64,000 bases of DNA from an uncultured Collinsella sp. (lineage in GTDB: Bacteria > Actinomycetota > Coriobacteriia > Coriobacteriales > Coriobacteriaceae), in assembly GCA_900543845.1 (NCBI GenBank), contig UQTD01000002.1:7284-71283 (forward strand), in the 5' to 3' direction. The notes under the pieces are model-generated. The model did no database searches. It saw only the letters and a program-made list of their open reading frames with translations, and was not told the DNA's origin. The position numbers were made by a program, and so were the translations under genes. Shown one piece after another: positions 45,044-54,500 of the stretch. Every line of letters starts with the position of its first letter. The first letter of the stretch is position 1.

Positions 45044-46765
45044 CTACTTACGGTGAGCGCGGTAGAACTCGATGAGCGCCTGGGTCGAAGCGTCCTGCTC
45101 GGCCTTGGCGGCGTCGTCGTGGAAGGCAGGGGTAATCTGCTTGGCAAGCTGCTTGCCCAGCTCGACGCCCCACTGGTCGTAGGAGTCAATGCCCCAGACC
45201 GTGCCCTCGACAAACGTGATGTGCTCGTACAGGGCGATGAGCTCGCCGAGTGCGAACGGGGTCAGCGTGTCGCCGAAGATCGAGGTCGTCGGACGGTTGC
45301 CCTCAAAGCAGCGGGCCGGGACGATCTGCTCGGGCGTGCCCTCGGCACGAACCTCGTCGGCAGTCTTACCAAAGGCGAGAGCCTTGGTCTGGGCCAGGAA
45401 GTTGCCCAGGAACAGCTCATGCACATCCTGACCGCTATCGGTCGCAGGGTTGGCGGTATTGGCAAAGGCGATGAAGTCGGCCGGAACCACCACGGTGCCC
45501 TGGTGCAGCAGCTGATAAAAGGCATGCTGGCCGTTGGTGCCGGGCTCGCCCCAGAAGATCTCGCCGGTATCGGAGGTCACAGCGCTGCCGTCCCAGCGGA
45601 CGTGCTTGCCGTTGGACTCCATGGTGAGCTGCTGCAGGTAAGCCGGGAAGCGGTGCAGATACTGGCAGTACGGAAGCACGGCGTGGCTCTTGGAGCCGAA
45701 GAAGTTGACGTACCAGACGTTGAACAGGCCCATCAGCGCGACGGCGTTGCTCTCGAGCGGCGTGTTGCAGAAGTACTCGTCAATGGCATGGAAGCCCTCG
45801 AGGAACTGCTGGAAGCGCTCGGGGCCGAGCACGACGATCAGCGACAGGCCCACGGCGGAGTCGACGGAGTAGCGGCCGCCGACCCAGTTCCAGAAGCCGA
45901 AGGCGTTGGCGGGGTCGATACCGAAGGCCTCAACCTTCTCGAGTGCGGTGGAAACGGCGACGAAGTGCTTTGCCACGGCCTCGGCGTTCTGCTCCTCGGA
46001 GCCATCGATGGCGCCCTGAGCCTTGAGCTGCTCGAGCATCCAGGTCTTGACTTCGCGAGCGTTGGTGAGGGTCTCGAGCGTGGTGAAGGTCTTGGAGACG
46101 ATGATCACGAGCGTGGTCTCGGGATCGAGGCCCTTGAGCTTCTCGGCCTGATCGTTGGGGTCGATGTTGGAGATGTAGCGGCAGTCGATACCGGCGTCGG
46201 CGTAGGGACGCAGGGCCTCGTAGGCCATGACCGGGCCCAGATCGGAGCCACCGATGCCGACGGACACCAGGTGCTCGATCTTCTTGCCGGTAACGCCCTT
46301 CCACTCACCGGAGCGCACGCGCTCGGCGAAGGCGTACATGCGGTCGAGGACCTCGTGCACGTCGGCGACGACATCCTGGCCGTCAACGATGAGCTGACCC
46401 TTCTCGCTTGCCGGACGGCGAAGCGCGGTATGCAGAACAGCGCGGTCCTCGGTGGTGTTGATGTGCTCGCCGGAGAACATGGCGTCGCGGCGCTCCTCGA
46501 GCTTCACCTCGCGGGCAAGATCGCACAGCAGCTTGACGGTCTCATCGGTCACCAGGTTCTTGGACAGGTCGAAGTGCAGGTCACCGGCATCAAAGCTCAG
46601 CTTGTTCACGCGCTCTGCATCGGCAGCAAACCATGCCTTAAGGTCGATACCCTCGGCCTCGAGCTTCTCCTGATGGGCCTCGAGCGCCTTCCAAGCGGCG
46701 GTCGACGTAGCGTCGATAGGTGCGGCAACAGTTGCCATAAAGTCCTCCTCAACATACGGGCGCAT
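45044..46765 (-). CDS. pgi: Glucose-6-phosphate isomerase
   Basis: 573 aa. The SIS domains and overall sequence are unmistakably PGI (..[11 protein letters not shown].. and active-site region). Confidence 0.9.
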   Translation of the reverse strand: MRPYVEEDFMATVAAPIDATSTAAWKALEAHQEKLEAEGIDLKAWFAADAERVNKLSFDAGDLHFDLSKNLVTDETVKLLCDLAREVKLEERRDAMFSGEHINTTEDRAVLHTALRRPASEKGQLIVDGQDVVADVHEVLDRMYAFAERVRSGEWKGVTGKKIEHLVSVGIGGSDLGPVMAYEALRPYADAGIDCRYISNIDPNDQAEKLKGLDPETTLVIIVSKTFTTLETLTNAREVKTWMLEQLKAQGAIDGSEEQNAEAVAKHFVAVSTALEKVEAFGIDPANAFGFWNWVGGRYSVDSAVGLSLIVVLGPERFQQFLEGFHAIDEYFCNTPLESNAVALMGLFNVWYVNFFGSKSHAVLPYCQYLHRFPAYLQQLTMESNGKHVRWDGSAVTSDTGEIFWGEPGTNGQHAFYQLLHQGTVVVPADFIAFANTANPATDSGQDVHELFLGNFLAQTKALAFGKTADEVRAEGTPEQIVPARCFEGNRPTTSIFGDTLTPFALGELIALYEHITFVEGTVWGIDSYDQWGVELGKQLAKQITPAFHDDAAKAEQDASTQALIEFYRAHRK

Positions 46766-46861
46766 ACCTCCATGCGCCCGGATAATCAGATGCCCTTATT
46801 CTAGCGCAGGTCAAGACCGTAATCAGCGAGCGTTGCCAATTCGCCCCCAAACGGCGACCGA

Positions 46862-46935
46862 CCAAAAAGGGACAGGTTTATTTTGGCAGGTCAAACGCTT
46901 TACCTACCAAAATTAACCTGTCCCTTCCTGTCAGG
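46862..46935. repeat. Two inverted copies of the CCAAAAAGGGACAGGTTT hairpin motif (copies 2 and 3)
   Basis: 46862-46892 reads ccaaaaagggacaggtttattttggcaggtc. 46907-46935 reads ccaaaattaacctgtcccttcctgtcagg, a degenerate copy in opposite orientation. Both lie in the pgi upstream region. Confidence 0.5.
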
Positions 46936-46937
46936 TG

Positions 46938-47513
46938 CTAGGCCGCCGCGCACACGCTGCCGAGCAGCTCGCGCAGAGGAGACCCAATGCCCTCAAGCAG
47001 TTCGGGAGCGATAATGGCAAAAACGGGAACCTCGCCGGCCCCCACGACGGCAGGCACTTTGCCCTCCGAGACAATACATCCATAAGGGACAAAACCGTCT
47101 TCGCCGGCATCGAGTACCGCCATGCGACGCGCGAGTTCGCGCGCAAAGCCGGCAGTATCGGCATCGCCGATCGCCAGGACAAAGTCCACGCCTTCGTCGG
47201 TCGCTAGGGCCACGGCCTCATCAACCAAATCGTCTCCCCCGTCGCCCCCGACCAAACCGCAACGAAAGAGCACGCGTTCGAGCAGGGCGCGATCGAGCGA
47301 GCCGAGTGCCGCCGAGACGAGCTCATCACGCGTATGCTTGTCACCGCCCAGCACGACCAGCGCCTTGGTGCCGCCGTAGTGAGCGACCAATCGTCCACAC
47401 CAGCGAGCCACGTCTCCATCCGCAACCAAGCGCGTCGGCATACCAAACCCATAGTTGACCATCTTTCCCACAACCCTTCCGTGCGTATAGGCGGTATCAA
47501 TCGTTAGGCTCAT
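46938..47513 (-). CDS. Hypothetical Rossmann-like protein (191 aa)
   Basis: ..GGTKALVVLGGDKHTRDELVSAALGSL.. suggests a nucleotide-binding fold. Function unknown. Confidence 0.35.
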   Translation of the reverse strand: MSLTIDTAYTHGRVVGKMVNYGFGMPTRLVADGDVARWCGRLVAHYGGTKALVVLGGDKHTRDELVSAALGSLDRALLERVLFRCGLVGGDGGDDLVDEAVALATDEGVDFVLAIGDADTAGFARELARRMAVLDAGEDGFVPYGCIVSEGKVPAVVGAGEVPVFAIIAPELLEGIGSPLRELLGSVCAAA

Positions 47514-47594
47514 GCTAAGAAGCGAGGTTTTCCGAGCTGTTTCACGCTCTTTAGAGCTGCGTTAAAACCCGATCCAACCGCACGACCATACCCA

Positions 47595-47617
47595 CCAAAA
47601 AGGGACAGGTTTTGACG
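47595..47617 (+). repeat. CCAAAAAGGGACAGGTTT motif, copy 4
   Basis: Exact 18-mer match in the divergent promoter region between the 46938 gene and the Y-family polymerase. Confidence 0.5.
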
Positions 47618-47640
47618 ATGTCCGCGCAAGCGGGTATTAT

Positions 47641-47670
47641 CGAACATGTATTCGATAAGAACATGTGTTT
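47641..47670 (+). promoter_or_regulatory. Two Cheo-type LexA boxes (CGAACATGTATTCG and AGAACATGTGTTT) upstream of the Y-family polymerase
   Basis: Both match the Gram-positive/actinobacterial SOS box (T)CGAAC-N4-GTTCG(A) with one mismatch each. They lie 16-45 nt upstream of ATG 47686. Confidence 0.6.
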
Positions 47671-47685
47671 GATGGAAGGGCACGG

Positions 47686-49191
47686 ATGGCGCACGAGCAG
47701 CACACCTACATCTGCATCGACCTTAAAACGTTCTACGCCAGCGTCGAGTGCGTCGACCGCGGGCTCAACCCGCTCACCACCAACCTGGTCGTTGCCGACG
47801 AATCGCGCGGACGAACGACCATCTGTCTCGCCATCACACAGGCCATGAAAGACCTCGGGATACACAACCGCTGCCGTTTATTCGAGATTCCCGATAGCAT
47901 CGACTACATTAAGGCCGTACCGCGCATGCAGCACTACATGGAGGTGTCGGCGCAAATCTACGGCATCTATCTGGAATACGTGAGCCCACAGGACGTGCAC
48001 GTCTACTCCATCGACGAATGCTTTATCGACGTGACGCCCTATCTGGACCTCTACCATACTGACGCTGAAGGCTTCGCCTGCATGCTGCGTGACGAGGTCC
48101 TGGGGCGCACCGGCATCACGGCAACGGTCGGCATCGGCCCCAACCTATTCCAGGCCAAGGTTGCACTCGATATCACCGCCAAGCACGTGCCCAGTCGCAT
48201 CGGCAAACTCGACGACGAGACCTTTCGCAAGGAGATCTGGCCCCATCGCCCCATCACCGACATCTGGGGCATCGGGCCCGGCGTGGCAGCGCGACTCGAA
48301 AAATACGGCGTCTACGATTTGATGGGCGTCGCGGCGCTCGACGAAAACCTGCTCTACGACGAGCTCGGCGTCAATGCCGAGTATCTTATCGACCACGCCT
48401 TTGGGCGCGAGCCGACAACTATCGCCGATATCCAAGCTTATCGCCCGCAAGCGACCTCGACCACCACAGGGCAGGTGCTCTCGAAGGGTTATGCCTACGA
48501 GCAGGCCTACACCGTGTTGCGCGAGATGGTCGACAACGCTGTGCTGGACTTAGTCGATAAGCACGTGGTGTGCGACAGCATCTCGCTCTTTGTAGGCTAC
48601 GCGAGCGAGCGCGCCGACATACGCCGCCTCGACGCCAGCGGCACAGCGCAATATGTGGACGGATGCGGACACCTACGCTCGAGCACGTCGAGCATCGAAC
48701 CCGCCGTAACTGTTGGACCCGAGCTCGCACCCCGTGCGCCCAAGCCCGTCCAACGCGATGACGAACGACGGCGCTTGGTGCGTGAGGCGCAGGCAATCGA
48801 TGGCATCTTTGTGGGAGAGCATGGCGGCAAACCGCGCGGTGGCTATGCCGCGCTCTTCGCGCACTCCAACGCTTCGCGAAAGCTGCCCGAGCGAACCAAT
48901 TCGTTTAAGAAGATCATGGGCTATTTCGATGAGCTCTGGGCGCAGACCGTCGATCCCAAACGACCGGTCAAACGCATCAACCTGGGATTTGGCAACCTCA
49001 TGCCCGAGGAATTTGCCACCATCGATCTATTTAGCGATATCGAGGCGGATGAGCGCGAGCGCGACCTGGCGCGCGCCGTCCTGGCCGTGAAAGGCAAGTA
49101 CGGCAAAAACGCCCTGGTCAAAGGATTGAGCTTTACCGCCGGCGCCACCGCGCGCGAACGCAACGACCAAGTTGGAGGACACCGTGCCTAA
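47686..49191 (+). CDS. Y-family DNA polymerase (DinB/UmuC/UvrX-like translesion polymerase)
   Basis: N-terminal ICIDLKTFYASVE.. and SIDECFIDVT.. are the Y-family catalytic motifs. RBS GGAAGGG precedes ATG 47686. Confidence 0.8.
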   Translation: MAHEQHTYICIDLKTFYASVECVDRGLNPLTTNLVVADESRGRTTICLAITQAMKDLGIHNRCRLFEIPDSIDYIKAVPRMQHYMEVSAQIYGIYLEYVSPQDVHVYSIDECFIDVTPYLDLYHTDAEGFACMLRDEVLGRTGITATVGIGPNLFQAKVALDITAKHVPSRIGKLDDETFRKEIWPHRPITDIWGIGPGVAARLEKYGVYDLMGVAALDENLLYDELGVNAEYLIDHAFGREPTTIADIQAYRPQATSTTTGQVLSKGYAYEQAYTVLREMVDNAVLDLVDKHVVCDSISLFVGYASERADIRRLDASGTAQYVDGCGHLRSSTSSIEPAVTVGPELAPRAPKPVQRDDERRRLVREAQAIDGIFVGEHGGKPRGGYAALFAHSNASRKLPERTNSFKKIMGYFDELWAQTVDPKRPVKRINLGFGNLMPEEFATIDLFSDIEADERERDLARAVLAVKGKYGKNALVKGLSFTAGATARERNDQVGGHRA

Positions 49192-49609
49192 GTCCCAACA
49201 ACAGCCGATGCGGCCACCGACACCTTTTGAACGCCTAGCGGACCCCGAGGGAAGACGTCGCTCCGCCGACCCAAAGCTCACCGCCAACGGCGCCGTCCGC
49301 GCCGGCCGCGCCGCGCAGTTTATGCCCTTTGCCGCCCTCACGGGATACTACGAGCTCGTGCGCAAGCAAGAAATTACCGTCGAACCAAAATGCGAACTCA
49401 CGGAAGAAAAAGCCCTCGAGCTTTCAAAAAAGCTCGAGGGCCTCAAACGCGGCGACTTGGTGCGTGTCACCTATTACGATACATACGGCTATCGTAGCCG
49501 CACCGGCATTCTCGACGAAGTGCTTCCCGCCTTCAAGTTCCTCAAGCTCAAGGACATCGCCATCGACTTCGACGATATCCAAGACATCGAACTGCGCGGA
49601 CGAGCCTAG
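49184..49609 (+). CDS. YolD-like protein (proposed UmuD functional analogue that accompanies Gram-positive Y-family polymerases)
   Basis: Small protein immediately downstream of, and overlapping, the polymerase gene. GTG start with a GGAGGA RBS. The C-terminal ..LVRVTYYDTYGYRSRTGILDEV.. resembles the YolD family. Confidence 0.5.
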   Translation: MPKSQQQPMRPPTPFERLADPEGRRRSADPKLTANGAVRAGRAAQFMPFAALTGYYELVRKQEITVEPKCELTEEKALELSKKLEGLKRGDLVRVTYYDTYGYRSRTGILDEVLPAFKFLKLKDIAIDFDDIQDIELRGRA

Positions 49610-49635
49610 ACAAGGAAATGCATCCAAGGCGACGC

Positions 49636-50034
49636 TTACAGCGTCATGACGTAGTAACCCGCGTCCTTCACGGCGGCCACGAGAGCACCGCGATCGATCG
49701 GCTGCTTAGAGCGCACGCGTGCCGTGTGGTCCGCATACGTCACCGTTGCCCACACGCCATCCAGCGCATTCAGGGCATTGGCTACGTTCTGAGCGCAGCC
49801 GTCACAGCTCATGCCGCCGATGAGCAGCTCCTCGCTATAGGGATAATGAGACAGATCGGTATCAGCGACCACGACCTTCTTGGACTTCTTTCCGCTCGCG
49901 CCGTCACTGCAGCAGCTCTTTCCGCGAGTCGAAGCGGCGATGCGACGCAACCCAAAAAACAAACCGACGGCAATTACGGCCAGCACGATGAGATTCGCAG
50001 GGTTGAGCAAGTCACTCATGCGTTCCCCTTTCAA
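49636..50034 (-). CDS. Membrane-anchored heavy-metal-associated (HMA) domain protein
   Basis: N-terminal TM helix, a Cys-pair/Lys-rich linker (KSCCSDGASGKKSKK) and an HMA motif GMSCDGCAQNV. Confidence 0.5.
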   Translation of the reverse strand: MKGERMSDLLNPANLIVLAVIAVGLFFGLRRIAASTRGKSCCSDGASGKKSKKVVVADTDLSHYPYSEELLIGGMSCDGCAQNVANALNALDGVWATVTYADHTARVRSKQPIDRGALVAAVKDAGYYVMTL

Positions 50035-50194
50035 GTAGCCCTATCTAGATACCCCCATAGGGTGTCCCCATCTTAACCCAAAATCATGTCCGTTCGGTCA
50101 ATTAGTTTCCCTCTTCAAACTTTTTTGTTGACCATGGCTTACTTTCGTGTATAAGTTTTCCTAGGCTAACAGTTGAGGACTCGAAAGGGGCAAC

Positions 50195-50899
50195 GTGACT
50201 CGAACCATTGACATCCCAACATATCAAACGGCTGTCGTGCGCAACTGCTCCCCTACGCTCGCAGGTATCAAGCCAGCTTCGCTCTTTACCTATCCCGGCG
50301 TTTACGCCAACCAAAACGGAAAACTCGGCATCGCTCAAATCGAAGAGCGACGCTCTCGCCTGCTCGCCGTCATAGCCCAATGCAACCGCGAGCTCCAGCC
50401 GCTCGGGATCCATATGAGCGTTTTGGTCTGGCGCCCCTGCGGAGCGCTCATCTATGTGTACCGCCCTGCGGACCTTATGCGATATCTCTCCGACCCCCGC
50501 GCCGCGACGGCGCTTGTCGCCGAAGGCTACGATGTCCACAACCTGCCCGCATCCCTGGTGCATCTCGCCGCGCGCATCACGCTGGCAAGCAGCAATGCCG
50601 CAGAAAGCGCCTATGACGGCAGTGTCAGCGCACTCGCGCGAAATAGGCACTGCGATACGGGGTGTATGTGCGAGTTCCCCCACGAAATTGGCTATTTTTT
50701 GGGCTATCCCTACGAAGATGTCCATCAGTTTATCGTCCAGCACGGCGAAAACTATAAGGTCATTGGCGCCTGGAAGGTATACACGAACGTCGAACAGGCG
50801 CTCACGACCTTTGACTCCTATCGCGCATGCACGCAATACCTTACCTATATCTATCAACAGGGCTGCACCCTGGGACAACTTGTCCAGGCAACCCGATAG
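50195..50899 (+). CDS. DUF3793-family protein (flavodoxin-associated)
   Basis: 234 aa, GTG start with a GAAAGGGG RBS. Immediately upstream of a flavodoxin gene, the usual context for this family. Confidence 0.45.
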   Translation: MTRTIDIPTYQTAVVRNCSPTLAGIKPASLFTYPGVYANQNGKLGIAQIEERRSRLLAVIAQCNRELQPLGIHMSVLVWRPCGALIYVYRPADLMRYLSDPRAATALVAEGYDVHNLPASLVHLAARITLASSNAAESAYDGSVSALARNRHCDTGCMCEFPHEIGYFLGYPYEDVHQFIVQHGENYKVIGAWKVYTNVEQALTTFDSYRACTQYLTYIYQQGCTLGQLVQATR

Positions 50900-50945
50900 A
50901 GCATACAAAACGCGGCCGCACGCCGCACAACCGAAAGGAAAACAT

Positions 50946-51365
50946 ATGAGCAAGATCGCAGTCGTCTACTGGAGCGGTACAGGCAACACCGAGGCCATGG
51001 CAAACCTCGTTGCCGAAGGTGCAACCGATGCCGGCGCCGAGGCAGAAGTCATCTCCTGCGCCGATTTCTCCGCAGACAAGGCCGCCAGCTATGACGCCAT
51101 TGCCTTCGGCTGCCCCGCCATGGGTTCCGAGGAGCTTGAGTATGACGAGTTCCAGCCTATGTGGGACGAGGTCAAGGAGTCCCTCGGCGACAAGAAGGTC
51201 GTCCTCTTTGGCTCCTACTCGTGGGCCGAGGGCGAGTGGATGGACAACTGGAAGGCCGATGCCGACGAGGCGGGCGTCAACGTCGTCGATTCCGTCATTT
51301 GCTACGATGCGCCCGATGATGAGGGCGAGGCGGCCTGCAAGGCCCTGGGAGCGGAGCTGGCATAA
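50946..51365 (+). CDS. Short-chain flavodoxin
   Basis: MSKIAVVYWSGTGNTEAMA.. is the FMN phosphate-binding loop. 139 aa. Confidence 0.85.
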   Translation: MSKIAVVYWSGTGNTEAMANLVAEGATDAGAEAEVISCADFSADKAASYDAIAFGCPAMGSEELEYDEFQPMWDEVKESLGDKKVVLFGSYSWAEGEWMDNWKADADEAGVNVVDSVICYDAPDDEGEAACKALGAELA

Positions 51366-51395
51366 ACCACCCATTGACACGACAGATGCAACGCA

Positions 51396-51430
51396 AACGG
51401 GCTCCGGGTCGTCTTAACCCGGAGCCCGTT
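51396..51430. terminator. Bidirectional terminator (perfect 14-bp stem aacgggctccgggt/acccggagcccgtt)
   Basis: Lies between the convergent flavodoxin and large surface-protein genes. Confidence 0.6.
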
Positions 51431-51504
51431 CATCTATAAAGCCACGACACGAACGGCACAACTCACCCGCGTATCAAACGACGGACGTTACAGGCATCGA
51501 GTCG

Positions 51505-54500
51505 CTATGCGCTCTTACGGGAGCGCACAAACCACGCACCAATAGCCGCAAGGCACACGATACCGACAACAACACCGGTAACAGCGACCGGGTTAACGCC
51601 GCCTCGCCCATCCAAAGCACCCTTGCGTGATGCGGCAGCAGCGGACGTCGTTTTCGAACCGGAAGACTCGTCGGAGCCGGACTTCTTATCGGACTCGCCC
51701 TTGTTGGCATCCACATTCTGCGAAGCAACAACTTCCTGCATTCCAGAACCGCCCTGCTTATCGCCGGAGCCATCGCCCCTCTGCGAACCGGTCGGCATGA
51801 CCGCGGGCGTCGAATTCTTCGTCGGGACCGTAGGAACGGGTACCTCGGGCGTCACGGGTTTTATCGAGCCGCCCGGTTCGACGACACCGGCTTTTACGCC
51901 ACCGATCTTGGACCAGCTCACACCGGACCCTGCGGACTTATAGGCCGAAAGGGATCGTAAGGCCTGCACCGTCGCAAGCGCGTTGGCATTGCCGGGCTTA
52001 CCGTCGGATTCCATGGTATGGGCGTAGCCCTTGCCGTCGGCGACCTCGTAGGCGCAGATTGCAGTAATCAGGCTATTCGCACCCGTTGCAAAACCGTTCT
52101 TGGTATTTACGGGATCCTTGCCAAGAGCCACAAGAGCGAGCAGCACCTGGGCATTCGACTCAACGGACCCAAAGTCGCAAAGGCCGTTCATCTGACCCCT
52201 AAGGAAGCCGAGCGCATTGTCGACAGCAGATGCAACAGAAGGTTGGCCATTCGAGGCCAGGGCAACGGCGCACGCGTCATTATCGACATAGGGCGCAAGC
52301 GCCTGAAGTGCCATAGCGGTCATATCGACGTTGCTCGCACCGCCCGCATCGATGGTGAAACCGCCGTCGGGATTCTGGAACGAAAGCAGCGCGCAAACAA
52401 GCTGAGCACGTGTCCAAGAAGAGCCGGACGCACGCAGCACCTCATTCGAAATACCCGCCTCGTCAAGGGCGATCAGTGCATAGACCACGTTGTTCGCCGA
52501 AGCCACAAGATCTTCGTGAGAGCAAATGTCGGCAATGAGATCCACGCCATCGAAAGAGGTAATATCCTCGCCAAGCGCGGTTAGCGCAAGCGCAACTCGC
52601 TCGCAATCAGTCACCTTGGCGGTGTTGCCCGACCACTCGGCCTTATGAACGGTAAGGGACTTCTTGTAATTCGCGATCAGTGCGTCGTCAATCTTGCGCC
52701 CCGACGTTGCGAAGGCGTAAATCTCCCATTCTTGACCATAGGTGTACGCATCGATCGTACGGTTGGCGTCAAAGTACTTGGCAGCGGAAAGGGTACCTTC
52801 GTCGGCCTTTGCCTCGTTATCCGGTGAGGCAACGATTCCGTCAACCGTAATCTCAAAGGAGATGGCCTGGGCACCGGCAGTCTGATCGATCGGCGTACCG
52901 GTCACCGTATAGGTACCGGCCTTGTTCGCCGTCAGGACATAGGCGCCGCTCGCCACAAACAAGCCGTCGTCAGGAGCACCGTCAACGTGCTTCCAATCAC
53001 CAAGAGCGCGTCGGTCGATACTCACGGCATCCGAGGCATCCCGACCTTCCTCGGTCGTCACACTCCATTTCATACCGGGCTCGGAAACGCTCCAGCCCTC
53101 GACATCGTTCTCACCCGTATAACCCAGGTTGAGTTCGACGGTCTTACCGGCCTTAACGGACGCGGGGACATTCGTGATTGTCACCGATTTCAGTGGGTTC
53201 CGGTAAGCGTAGATAACTTCTCGCTTACCCGAGGAGATGACGCTGCCGTCCTGGTTTTCGACCGTCGCCTCAAACGTTGTCTTACCGGCCTTATACGGCG
53301 TAAAGCCAATCTCGCCACTCGTAGTGTACTCGGCAACCGCAGAATCACTCGAGGTGACCGTGTAGCAAGCGCGATCACTCGCGTTTTCGGGTCCCACAAC
53401 CGGCGCAGCCTTATCGGTCAGGAAGGCGCCTTTGGCAAGCGGATTGCGACCGTGCAGATAGACAGTCTCGCCGTTCTCGTTATAGCCAAGCGAGACGCTC
53501 GTCGCTGGCACATAGCTCGACGTGACCGTCACGCTCTTGGAGGCGATATCGAGATTTGCGCGTGAAGATACCCGAATCGTGGCCTCGCCCGGCTTCTTAA
53601 AATAAAAGCAGGCGGATCCGGGATTGGAGTAAAGTACGTTCGCAGGCGTGCCGACAAAGCGAAAACGCGCATAGGAAACAGGAGTGTACTCGCCCTCGGC
53701 GGCATCGGTGTAATGAACACGGACTTCAAGATTCTTGACCTCGGAACCCGCAACCGCAATAGTGCCGCCCGTCACGTTTGCGCCGTTATACCAAATCTGA
53801 AAATCATCGATCGGTTTGGACACTGCCTTGACCACAACGGTCGCGACGTTCTCGGTAGTGCCGTCGTCCTTGTGGAGTGTGGCGGTTACCGTACCTACGG
53901 CGTCGTTATACACGTGCAGCAGGCCCGTTTCCTCGTTAACGGCGATATCACCCCTGTTGGCATCTGGGGTACCCCAGGTCACCTTGGCATCCTTGGGCAG
54001 GCCATCGAGCTCAAGCGTGCCCGAAACGCAGGCGGCACCGTTCTCGCCCACCACAACGTCGTCGGGAGACGGGCAGAGCACACCATCGGCAGCAGTTACG
54101 GTCTTGCCGGTACGGGCAGACGTGAACTTCACCTCGTACTTATTGCTTGCAGTAGGGCTCTCAGAAGACTCGTGGTCTAGATTCTCACCGAAGTGCGGAA
54201 AGCCATCAGACCCCATACCCCACACGCTACCGTTTTCACCACGATTGACGTTGAGATTTTCGACAAAGGTCGCCGTCTTCATGTCATCGGTATCGACAGC
54301 ATAGGAGTTGACGAGCGCGTCCGAGGGAAAGACGACCTTATTGGTAAGGCCCTCCTGCCAGTACGCATTGATGAGCTGTCCGGAGTCGTAGCTCGCAAAG
54401 AGCACGCCGCCGGTCGAAGCGGCGGTGGACATGCAATTGGAGATCACGCCGCCCTGGAGCGTACGGCCAAAGCCAGCAACGCCCTTACCCGTAACGGACG

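Noticed and set aside
46938-47513. Assignment of the 191-aa Rossmann-like protein to a specific enzyme family (Fe-ADH fragment, LOG-like, CofD-like)
   Set aside because: Only a generic GG..K..VVLGG nucleotide-binding-like motif is visible. There is no family-specific signature, so it is left as hypothetical.
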